In this document: in pieces, positions 53,081 to 64,000 of the stretch | Layout: each line of letters starts with the position of its first letter | How positions within the stretch are numbered: position 1 is the first letter of the stretch | Origin: Octopus vulgaris | Lineage: Eukaryota | Direction of reading: 5' to 3' | NCBI GenBank assembly: GCA_951406725.2 | Contig: OX597819.1 | Location: forward strand, 6,510,001-6,574,000 | Length of the DNA: 64,000 nt | Notes under the pieces: generated by a model | The model's input: only the letters and a program-made list of their open reading frames with translations | What the model was told of the DNA's origin: nothing | Database searches by the model: none | Position numbers and translations under genes: made by a program

Positions 53081-53246
53081 AGGCGCAGGAATGGCTGTGT
53101 GGTAAGTAGCTTGCTTACCAACCACATGGTTCCGGGTTCAGTCCCACTGCGTGGCACCTTGGGCAAGTGTCTTCTACTATAGCCTCGGGCCGACCAAAGC
53201 TTTGTGAGTGGATTTGGTAGACGGAAACTAAAAGAAGCCCGTCGTA

Positions 53247-53314
<68 letters not shown>

Positions 53315-53532
53315 TGTTTGTGTGTCTGTGTTTGTCCCCTAGCATTGCTTGTTTGTCCTGGTGTGTTTACGTCACCGTGACTTAGCGGTTCGCCAAAAGA
53401 GACCGATAGAATAAGTACTGGGCTTACAAAGAATAAGTCCCGGGGTCGATTTGCTCGACTAAAGGCGGTGCTCCAGCATGGCCGCAGTCAAATGACTGAA
53501 ACAAGTAAAAGAGTAAAAGAGTAAGAGTAAAA
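53081..53532 (+). mobile_element. SINE family B, full length
   Basis: Complete head, internal (TA)n and tail; GAAATAGAAACAAAAC duplicated at 53058-53073 and 53541-53556. Confidence 0.94.
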
Positions 53533-53882
53533 TACTTTGAGAAATAGAAACAAAACTACTTTGAAGCGTAGTGTAATGTCTTTTAAAAATCACATTCACT
53601 AATATAGACTTAGATACATTATATCTGGAAAGATAGAGGGGTCACAATTAGAATTCAGTTCATCATAGGTCTGCTAGATCAGGGTTCTCTTGAAGTTAAA
53701 TAACTGCAAGAGTGAACGAGAGGTTATATCTGTCATAGCATATCGTACTAGAAATAGCAGTAACATTTTTTGCATAACACAACATGCCATCCTTAAAGAG
53801 AAAACAAAGCAAAATCATGGCTACAATGCCATAAAACATAATACTGCTTGATCAAAACCGACTTGGTTGTAAAGAACTAATA

Positions 53883-55470
53883 CACACTGAACCGCAAAAG
53901 AAAGGCGAGACATGTGTGACTGTGAAATATCGTTTAATTTTGTTATATCAGAGATAAATTTTGATAAATCTGATAAAGTCAATTTCCTTGATGCACTTTG
54001 ACCACAGTCTATGGGTTAATTTTATGGTAGTAGGCGAATCCAGCACATCGAGATTGTAGGGCGTGACATGTTCAATACCTATTTCTTTACTACCCACAAG
54101 GGGCTAAACACAGAGAGGATAAACAAGGACAGACAAACGGATTAAGTCGATCATATCGACTCCAGTGCGTAACTGGTACTTATTTAATCGACCCCGAAAG
54201 GATGAAAGGCAAAGTCGACCTCGGTGGGATTTGAACTCAGAACGTAACGGCAGACGAAATACCGCTAAGCATTTCGCCCGGCGTGCTAACGTTTCTGCCT
54301 GTTCACCGTCTTAATACACGGTATTGACATGTTCAATACCTTGTATGTCCTCCCTGGGTGTTCAAAACGGCCATACACCGTCGGTACATGGAGCGGTTGA
54401 GGATATTCACAAAGCTTATTGGCACCTATGCTCACACTCTGAGGAAAGCTGCCTTCAGTTCCACACGAATTGTCGGCCTTGAGACTACCACGTGTAGAAG
54501 GGCGCATTGTCCTGCTGGAACACGTGGCTATGGTCACCGTTTTGCTGCGCTGTGATGCACTTCCCTGTGCCTGCACAAACATTTTCGAACATGTGAGGCC
54601 CATTTCTCCGTTTCAGGCCTATAGCACTCCAAACCATGATATTTTGGCCACCCTACGCGTCTCTCTCCGTGACACATGCGTCTCTGAAGCGTTCGCTCCT
54701 CCTACTCCACACCCTAACTCTGCCATCCGAGGTGTAAACGCAATATCGGCTCTCGTCAGAGAAGATTCTCGAACTCCATTATTGATGCCACCAAGGTCTG
54801 TGCTGTGTAGCCCACTGTAGTCGTGACTGAAGGCGGCGAGCGGTGAGGACAGGCCTCGAGCAGGACGACGGCACGTTGTTGGCGGTCATTTGAAGTCGTA
54901 CCGTGTCATCGCTGATTGGCCGCTCTCCAGTTCCAATGGTCTCGCGAGCCGTCACACCGGCTGATCTGAAGTGATCACGGAGGTGTTGCAGGTGGATGAA
55001 GCGGTTCTACCTGATCGTGGTTACCCGGGGGCGCCCTCTGCGAGAACTGTCTGCAGTGCGGTTGGTGTTGTTGTATCGTTGTTGCAGGCGATAGATATTG
55101 TTGACATAGCCATTGTAAGCTTTTGCAACAATCAGGACACGCTGCCCTGCTTGCAATCGGTCGATGGCTTGTTCTCTCTGCGCTGCTGGCAATCCGATCA
55201 TACTTGATGCGTCTGAAATACGAACGCCAGGAACGTGGTTCAAGTTTATTTTTATACCCATAACCTCCACGTGATGCACGTGCATCTTTGTTTTTATGAC
55301 AATTGTTTGCGACTGCCACCTACAGCATTCAACGTTTCAGGAAAATTTGAAAGGTTACATGCAATTTATGTCTCGGCATGCCTTGGAATATTTACACTTA
55401 CATTGCTGAAATAAAATTTCAGAATTTTCCATATAAAAATGACATTTGAAAACATCGCGTCTCTTTTGGA
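53883..55470 (-). mobile_element. Tc1-family element with disrupted transposase
   Basis: MIGLPAAQREQAIDRLQAG..GRPRVTT, IFSDESR, IMVWSAI and FQQDNAP; end motif CACTGAACCGCAAAAGAAAGGCG with partial inverted match GCGTCTCTTTTG near 55457-55468. Confidence 0.9.
54081..54312 (-). mobile_element. SINE family C nested in the Tc1 element
   Basis: 17-bp TSD TGACATGTTCAATACCT at 54064-54080 and 54325-54341. Confidence 0.93.
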
Positions 55471-55479
55471 TCATCCGCC

Positions 55480-56580
55480 TGCAGCGCATTCATAACACAA
55501 CAGCGAAACTTTTCCCGATTAAGCCCAAGTTTTCCAGTTGCTTTGCCACATTTGTCTAACCAGCTTGAGTTACTATCCATCAATTGCTTTCTGTGCCAGT
55601 TTCTTGATCTACTACCCTCCTCTCTTCCTTGGATACTCTTACTCTTTTACTCTTTTACTTGTTTCAGTCATTTGACTGCGGCCATGCTGGAGCACCACCT
55701 TTAGTCGAGCAAATCGACCCCGGGACTTATTCTTTGTAAGCCCGGTACTTATTCTATCGGTCTCTTTTTGGCGAACCGCTAAGTAACGGGGACGTAAACA
55801 CACCAGCATCGGTTGTCAAGCGATGGGGGGGGGACAAACACAGACACAAAAACATATACTCACACATACATATATATACATGTACGACGGGCTTCTTTCA
55901 GTTTCCGTCTACCAAATCCACCCACAAGGCATTGGTCGGCCCGAGGCTATAGCAGAAGACACTAGCCCAAGATGACACGCAGTGGGACTGAACCCAGAAC
56001 CATGTGGTTGGTAAGCAAGCTACTTACCACACAGCCACTCCTGTGCCTGGTAATTTTTTCCACACTTTTCGAATATGGCCATAGCAGAGGAGCTTTTATT
56101 TTGTCACAATCTTCAGGAGTTGTCATCTTTCACCTAATTATTGTAGCACCTATTTATTCGTCCAAGTGTACTTGTAAGAGACTCGTAACATTCTCCTACA
56201 CACTCACATTTCAAGTACATAAATTATATTCTATTGAAACTTGTTCAGTGTCCTTCTTTATATTTAGTTGGGATGGATACTTTTGTTGCTCCTGATGTTA
56301 TTAAGATTTCCAATGGACCGACTTTCCATGGCTAGCCGTGTCCTAATTTCTTTCTTACATGTGTTTTCTGCAGAGAACTAAGCTCCAAGATACAATTCAG
56401 CCCACTTGAACCTCTCACTGCCCAGTTTCATGTTAACGTTTACTTTCTCTCGTCCTACTACCATAACTTTTGTTGTTTTATAGTCGAGATAAAGACCATG
56501 CGTATTTCGTGTCTTCCTGACTGTATCATTTATTGTAATTCAGCTTCAGTCTTGGCAACTAATAAAGGAGCGAATGTAAA
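55480..56580 (-). pseudogene. Degenerate RTE LINE interrupted by SINE B
   Basis: LVAKTEAELQ, GLYLDYKTTKVMVVGR, YLGA*FSAENTCKKEIRTRLAM and KLLCYGHIR. Confidence 0.72.
55635..56048 (-). mobile_element. SINE family B, full length
   Basis: Reverse complement of the 20787-21199 type. Confidence 0.93.
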
Positions 56581-56796
56581 TAATTTTTTGCTGTTTAGAC
56601 CCAGTCGACCTGACACAAGTGGGTATGTGGCCTGGCATCGACGATTACTCTTTCAAACGGCGGCATTTACAGAAGCACGAAAACCTGCAAAAATAAGCTG
56701 ACACACTTTCATATATGTACATATATACATTTATATGAAAATATATATACATACGAGTAGTAATACACATGTATATACAAATGTATATATATATAT

Positions 56797-56860
<64 letters not shown>

Positions 56861-56868
56861 ATACATAC

Positions 56869-56908
<40 letters not shown>

Positions 56909-57018
56909 TAGCCATCTCAATATGGCTAACCACTAAGGGTGGGTGTTATTGAGAAGGCTAGTATACTTTACGATGTCGTGCAGTTACTGTTTACATCTCG
57001 TTCAGAGATTTATTATTG

Positions 57019-57095
<77 letters not shown>

Positions 57096-57116
57096 GTTAC
57101 AATTATTCAATAGTCA

Positions 57117-57179
57117 AGATAAAACTCTGATTTTCGGATGCCGAAGTGGAAATCCACAACACCATCTCTTCGGTTATCT
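57117..57179 (-). ncRNA. Degenerate type-I hammerhead-like motif next to (TA)n
   Basis: AGATAA-CCGAAGA-GATG..GTGGA-TT-TCCAC..CATC-C-GAAAA-TCAGA-GTT-TTATCT; 6-bp stem I. Confidence 0.62.
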
Positions 57180-57266
57180 GGCCATCTGAAAAACGCTATG
57201 AAAAAAATACCGTTATATAAAGGGAAATTACTGTCTTATAATTCCGCTACTTATATAAATTAAGAT

Positions 57267-57463
57267 TGTCCCCTAGCATTGCTTGACAACCGATGCTGGT
57301 GTGTTTATGTCCTCGTTACTTAGCGGTTCGGCAAAAAGAGACCGATAGAATAAGTACTGGGCTTACAAAAGAATAAGTCCCGGGGTCGAGTTGCTCGATT
57401 AAAGGCGGTGCTCCAGCATGGCCGCAGTCAAATGGCTGAAACAAGTAAAAGAGTAAAAGAGTA
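57267..57463 (+). mobile_element. SINE family B 3' half
   Basis: Matches 59165-59367. Confidence 0.9.
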
Positions 57464-58190
57464 ATATGTATGTATTATGTGTGTATATATGTATGTATGC
57501 ATGTATGTACATGTATGTATATACATTTACACTCAACACACGCACACACCACACATACACTCACATATGTAAGTTTGTATGTATGTACGATAGTTTCCGT
57601 CTATGGAATTCCAGATTTCACCCAGAAAGAATTCAACAACCCGAATCTACAGTAGAAAACACTTGCCCGAATTGTAACATTGTGCGAACGATCCGGAACC
57701 ATGTGCCTGTGTAGTGAACATTTTAAACACATCACTGCAAATGCATGCAAGACATACACGCGCATACTTGTAAGTGTATGAATGTGTGTATCGCGTATGT
57801 GTGTATTGGTGCATGTACATATGTATGTATGTGCATATGTTGTCATTCTGTAATTTTAACTATTGCTCTGCCAAATTTCCTCACATCAAAGTATTTAAGC
57901 GGTCACTCTCGAAAAACAACACGCCGACTTCAAAGCTGTGTTGCTGTTATTGTATTTAATAACTTTGTAATACATCAATAAACACTTTATTGGACAGATG
58001 TCAAAAGGTTAACATTTGACTACTTTTAATGACTCTCTTATTTTCAACTTTTTGACGTTTTAATATTTAAAGGAATCATTACAGAAGACAATTTCAGAAC
58101 TATTTATTTACGAGGCCGCGATCCAGTGCAGCGGTTTCATTACCAAATTTCTTGAGTTTGCGACTGTTATTAGCTTTTAAAGACTGTGCA

Positions 58191-58244
<54 letters not shown>

Positions 58245-58327
58245 CGTGCGTGTGTGCGTGCGCGCGCGTGTGTGTACATAAACACATGCGTATACACCAC
58301 AGACACAGACACATATACATGTACTTA

Positions 58328-58398
<71 letters not shown>

Positions 58399-58839
58399 TA
58401 AACGTTTAGTGCAAATTATAAAGCCTAAAAATGTTAGATGGTTAAACAGCAAAAGTTTTCTTCCAACTTTTGAAGACAAGCTTTTAAAAAATGCCACGTT
58501 TAAAAGGTCATTTCTTTTAGTTATTTTTTACCGTTACATCAATTTTTTTGAAGTTTCGTAACATATTTTCTCCGTTTATTTTTATCATTTCAACATTTTG
58601 CATATAACACTATTTTAGGAAATTGTTGCAACAGCCATGGTGTAACGATAAGCTTCTGGAAAGAGCAATTTGTATATATTCGCAGTAAAGGTTTATTCTC
58701 TTCACTGACATAACTAATTATTTTATACCATTTCATATCCCTGTACACTTGGTCATATTTAATAACAAATAATATTGAAATGATTTTGAAAATATAATGC
58801 CACACTTTATCAGTTATTTATATAAACGTCTGGTTTCTT

Positions 58840-58913
<74 letters not shown>

Positions 58914-58959
58914 GAAAAATACAAACTGGGACAAGAACGTAAAACATTTAGAAGACGAT

Positions 58960-59082
58960 ACATGGTTCCGGGTTCAGTCCCACTGCGTGGCATCTTGGGC
59001 AAGTGTCTTCTACTATAGCCTCGGGCCGACCAATGCCTTGTGAGTGGATTTGGTAGACGGAAACTAAAAGAAGCCCGTCGTG

Positions 59083-59140
<58 letters not shown>

Positions 59141-59367
59141 CGCGTATGTTTGTGTGTCTGTGTTTGTCCCCCTAGCATTGTTTGACAACCGATGCTGGTG
59201 TGTTTATGTCCCCGTTACTTAGCGGTTCGGCAAAAGAGACCGATAGAATAAGTACTGGGCTTACAAAAGAATAAGTCCCGGGGTCGAGTTGTTCGATTAA
59301 AAAGCTGTGCTCCAGCATGGCCGCAGTCAAATGACTGAAACAAGTAAAAGAGAGAGAGTAAAGAGTA
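58960..59367 (+). mobile_element. SINE family B, slightly 5'-truncated
   Basis: Matches 53123-53532. Confidence 0.92.
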
Positions 59368-60959
59368 AATGATTTCCATTCAAAAGAATGCAGCATACAT
59401 TTTTCCTACAGGAATGAAGGTGACGATTTTTACAAATAAGCTGGCCACATGCTTCCGCCGAGAATGTCGTCAACGGAGAGGCATGTCGTTATAGGTACTA
59501 AGTGTAACAAAAATACTTCCTACATTTTATGGGTTGACAAACGTTTCAACAGCAAACACATAGAGTGCACCGGTCCGAACTACGGTGGTAACTGAAAGAA
59601 AAAAAAAACGGTAAAATATTAGCTACATCAAGACACCGTTAAAACCTTTTCAGCTTCACTAATCAATATGCATCAAATTAAGAGTAGGATTTTTCTGTCG
59701 CATGCTGTATTTAATTAAAGAAGTCGAAAGTCAATATGTGGTTGCGAGTTTGTGTCCTTCGAGTCATTTGTACTTCTCGAGTAGTTTTCCATAGCAATAT
59801 CAGCGACCGGTTTCCTACACGCGTATCCTGTCATCTCTCCCATCCCACTATTTGTACTAAGATGCCGCCACAAATCACAATACAACTCCTATAAATATTG
59901 TGTCATAGCTCTCACTTGACTATTAATTTTATGCATGTACCATCTCAGCCCTCCTTTCACAGCTACTATTATATATATCCTGTCACATCTCTCCTCAAAA
60001 GTTGTACATACGGACTGTCCATGCATATTACACTGCTACTGTTCATACAATCTCACAGCACGCATTCAAAATAGTAATACTACATATATATTGTCCCATC
60101 TGTCTCTCAACTATTACTTTAACATTTTACCTTTCGTACATATACATTCATACAGCTCTTACTCCACTGGAAATTCTAGAATAAAATCTGCTATGATAGC
60201 AATTGTTTATTTATTGCTATGCCTCTCACTCCACTGGTCTCTTAAATATTTCCTCCTAAAACAACAATAATACCACAGATACTTCATGATTATTCTTTCA
60301 TATTTAGAACTATCTGATTTCCCACTACTGATACTATATTCACTATATGCTATTGCTATTCCGCAAAAAAATATATATACGTTTATAATTATATTGTTAT
60401 TCCGACGGTCAACCTGTTCAGTTGGTACGTTTGGTGTTTATCGCTATACAGCTATTCATAGCTCTCAAAGAATGTTCCGATATCTGCTGTAATAGAGTAG
60501 AAGTGAATTAACAGCTGTGGCGGTATAAAGGTGTTGCAATGGCCTTAATCCATTATCGGTATTAATGCTACAGTATCCTTTTAAACACAAATATACACAA
60601 AAATATGAATATTGCAGTCAACAATATAATTACCTTTAAAACTGAACAGTGTAATGAATAAAACTATATTCGCATAATTACATCAAAACCTTGGTTTATC
60701 TGCTAATTAGTATACGCAAAAAGAATAATTCAACATGGGAATTAAAACATGCCAATCAATAAAGCTAGGATCACTTCACACACCTCTCTGCGAGAAAATC
60801 AAGTGTATAGATTCAAGTTTCCTCATTAAAATACAAAATGATAAATTTCGTTTTTGTATTTGGTTTGCAAGATTCTTTATGTGAATTCGTGAGTTGAAGC
60901 ATATTTCATTGTATCTGGGGAGAGTCATTCTTTTTTAATGATTTATTAATTAACACACT

Positions 60960-63265
60960 GTACATATGTACATATGTATACAAATAAAAGAAGTCCTACT
61001 TACATGGAATGGAAATGATATCAGGAATTAAGGGCGTTGTGTAGGAGTTTTACGAGTCCAACATTATGTTTCTGGGGCTTGGTAGTCCAAAATTATCGGA
61101 TACCACCAGCCTCCCTCTTCAGGGAAGAATTTTACATTTGAGGTATTGACAGAATGGAGATTAAAGGTGGAATGATTTTGTGGAGCGCTAAGTGTATTAG
61201 AAGAAGGAGAGCTTATCTAGAGGGTCGTGGGAAGAGAAAATAGATTTTGAGGTTAGGGTTAATAATGAAGCTAGTGATAGTAGTAGAAGTGGAAGGCGGG
61301 AGCAAGGGGGAAGGGTGGTCTTATGATTTTAAAGAAGAGTTTAGGTAGAGATTTAACTTAGCGAGAGAAATGTGGTGCAAACTAAAAGATTTCTCGCTTC
61401 CTGACCGTAGAATGTTTGGAGCGTGTGGCTGTCGTGGGTTGTTCAGGAGGATGCGGCTTGTAGTTATTATAACCTCAGTGGGGTGCCAGTGGTGCGGTTG
61501 CGTGTGATGTGTAGGGATTTCTTGGCGGGATGTTGTTGGACTAGTGTAGAGTGGAAGTAGTGTCTCTAGATTCGGGGTTAGTATTGGGAAATAGATGTGT
61601 TATTTTAGTTTTAAGCTTAGTGTTAGGGATATAATAGATTTTTTCGTGGAAGCCGCTTATTTGGAGGGCCTGATTATAATACGGGGCGTGAGTGTTAAAA
61701 GTTTTTCGTTAGCAGATAAGTTAGAGATTCTGATAGATACACCTGTGACTACGCTATTAAGGGTAAGTTTAGGGTGATTAGAGAGGACATTTATGTATTG
61801 TAAAGATTGGTTAGATTTATGGAAAGGATGGTATAGATTTGTGTTTAAATTGAGAATAACGTCTAAGAAATTAGCCACCTTCGTGCCAATTTCGATTGAA
61901 ATACTCAGATTATAGCTTTTAAAAAGTATGTGTAAGGCTTTCTTGTGGCGTTCCACTGACGGTTGAGGTAATCGAGCTATTGAAAAGAGTGAGTCATCGC
62001 TGTATAGTCCGCCGGAAAGGTTGTGTAAGTATTGTTTAATTTGGGAGAGAAGGAATTGGCCAACATGGTCAGTAACCTGGGCTGAATCTAATGCGCCCAT
62101 GGTTATATCGAAGAACTCATTAGAGGAGTTGCGTCTCCAATTATTATTCTTAAAGTGAATCAGGGTTCCGTATCAACCTGGCAAAGGGATGACTCCTGGC
62201 CAGAATAATACTGAAGTCCGATCGGGAGATGAGAGCTTATTTTTGGGCAAAGATTAAGGTTTTATTTAGGAGAATTGCTGATATTGATGAATAATAATTT
62301 GAGATGTCAAACTGAAGGAAATAGGTGTGTTGTTTATCATGAAAAGTGGAAGCTTAACGTTAGTTCTAACAATGGGTAGAATACGGGCAATGATGCATTT
62401 ATTAGTACGACCTAAGTTGCATTTAGTGGGGCAAATGAGTCTAATGGAAGGCTTAGAGTAGAATTTGGTTTGTGGTCCTTCAGGGTGAAGTGGTGGGCTT
62501 TAGGTGTATATAGTTCAGTTCTAGTTAGTAAATTAGATCAGCAATGAGCTTACGGTGGACCTTATTAACCTCCTTAAGAGCATTTCTATGTGCATGTTTA
62601 TAATTTGTGTTTAGTTCCTTTGATAGTATATGTTTCGAGGGGAAGGGAGTAAAGATGCTAGTTTTGTCAGAAAAGAAGTGCAGGTGTAGTGAAGTCCTTA
62701 TTTTATATGTAATTTTGGATAGTTCTTTCTGGAAGGAATTAGCATAATTAGAGAATTCAATGTTTTTTTATCTTATGTAGATCTTTCTCAAAATTAGCCA
62801 TTGCAAGGTTTGGAGGGGGGTTTTGTGGGATTTTAGGTTGTAAGTGTCCTTTTCATTAGAATGTTCGGGGTGATTAGATTTGAGGCCATAATATAGGGCT
62901 CTCAACATCATTCGAGTGATGAAGTCATTAGTCTTCTGTAGTAAGAGTTCCATGTGTATATCCCTTGGTGGGATCGGGATATTTTTTGTAGACTTTCTTG
63001 AGAATTGCTTATCTATGAGTGTTATCTAACTGTAGCGCTCAGCCGAGCAAAAGCTATATAGTTTGTAGATTAGAGGCAGGTATTATCTGCAGAGAAAACA
63101 CCTCGTAGTGCCCAATTCTGGATTGCTGGATTGTCTCGACCGTCAGTGGAACGCACCAAGAAAGTCCTACACAATTTTTAAAAAAACATAATTTAAAAAC
63201 TATATATCGTTTCCATTCTATGCAAGTCGGATTTCATTTATATGCATACATATCTACATTCTTTG
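60960..63265 (-). mobile_element. Penelope-like element (possibly Naiad-type) with disrupted RT and inverted terminal repeat
   Basis: KNIPIPP, FTLKDHKPN, QFDISNYYSSIS, MGALDSAQVTDHVG..GLYSDDSL..NFLDVILNL..SNHP; 60960-61050 is a diverged inverted copy of 63160-63265. Confidence 0.88.
61057..61125 (-). ncRNA. Type-I hammerhead-like ribozyme at the PLE 3' end
   Basis: TCC-CTGAAGA-GGGAGGCTGGTGG..TCCGA..TTGGACTACCAAGCCCC-A-GAAAC-ATAAT-GTT-GGA. Confidence 0.75.
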
Positions 63266-63324
63266 TATTAAATGTATTTAAAAATTTTATATATCGACTT
63301 GACTAACTTGCTTCTCCGTATATT

Positions 63325-63356
<32 letters not shown>

Positions 63357-63873
63357 TATATACACAAACACACACACATACATATACACACACACACACA
63401 TATATATATGTATATGTATATATATGTTTTATGTATATATATATATATATATATATATGCATATATATTATATGTGTGCGTGCGTGTAATCAAACACCCA
63501 CAATAAGTGTTTGTATGGCAGATGAATGTGTGGATATGTGTGTTAGCTGTCACTAACAGGTTCTCATTCCTTGGACAAACACTACAACAGATTCCCGACT
63601 AAAGATGCCCTATAGTATTCGATCTTCCACGACCCTCACACACACTTACAACTCTTCTACTAATTTATACAGCCAGGAAACAGTCACGAAGCTAAATTTC
63701 CTGTTCACATGTTGTAAGGAATATTTTACAAGAAATATAAGCTTATTAAATGTTTTTGATTATTAAATCTTTATTCTTATTCATGTTATGTAATGAATCT
63801 TTACTCATGTATATGTGAATTATGCATAGAGAGAGAGAGAGAGATAAGCATGTATATATATATATGTGCACAA

Positions 63874-63918
<45 letters not shown>

Positions 63919-64000
63919 CATATACATACACATACATACACACATACACACATACACACATACACGGAGGACCCTGTGGCTTGAATTCGGTAATTAAGGA

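Overview
AT-rich, microsatellite-dense eukaryotic DNA with no intact host gene that I can support. The SINE families and repeat landscape look like an octopus (cephalopod) genome, which is an inference from repeat recognition. Nearly all non-simple sequence is transposable-element debris: three abundant SINE families (labelled A, B and C here), three mariner copies (one full length with TIRs), a Tc1 element, non-autonomous Helitrons, RTE-type LINE fragments, R4/Dong-type (restriction-like endonuclease) LINE fragments and Penelope-like elements (PLEs). Two patterns stand out. (1) About a dozen type-I hammerhead-ribozyme-like motifs from many distinct sequence families lie in short, (TA)n-associated, often fold-back PLE-type termini; four of these fold-back loci share a covarying terminal hairpin followed by CTT(T)ATT. 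(2) Two (TAA)n arrays are loaded with co-oriented retroelement cassettes, including a ~560-bp non-coding element present in both. Most ORFs in the supplied track are microsatellite artefacts. All alignments and folds were done by eye, so boundaries of degenerate elements are approximate.
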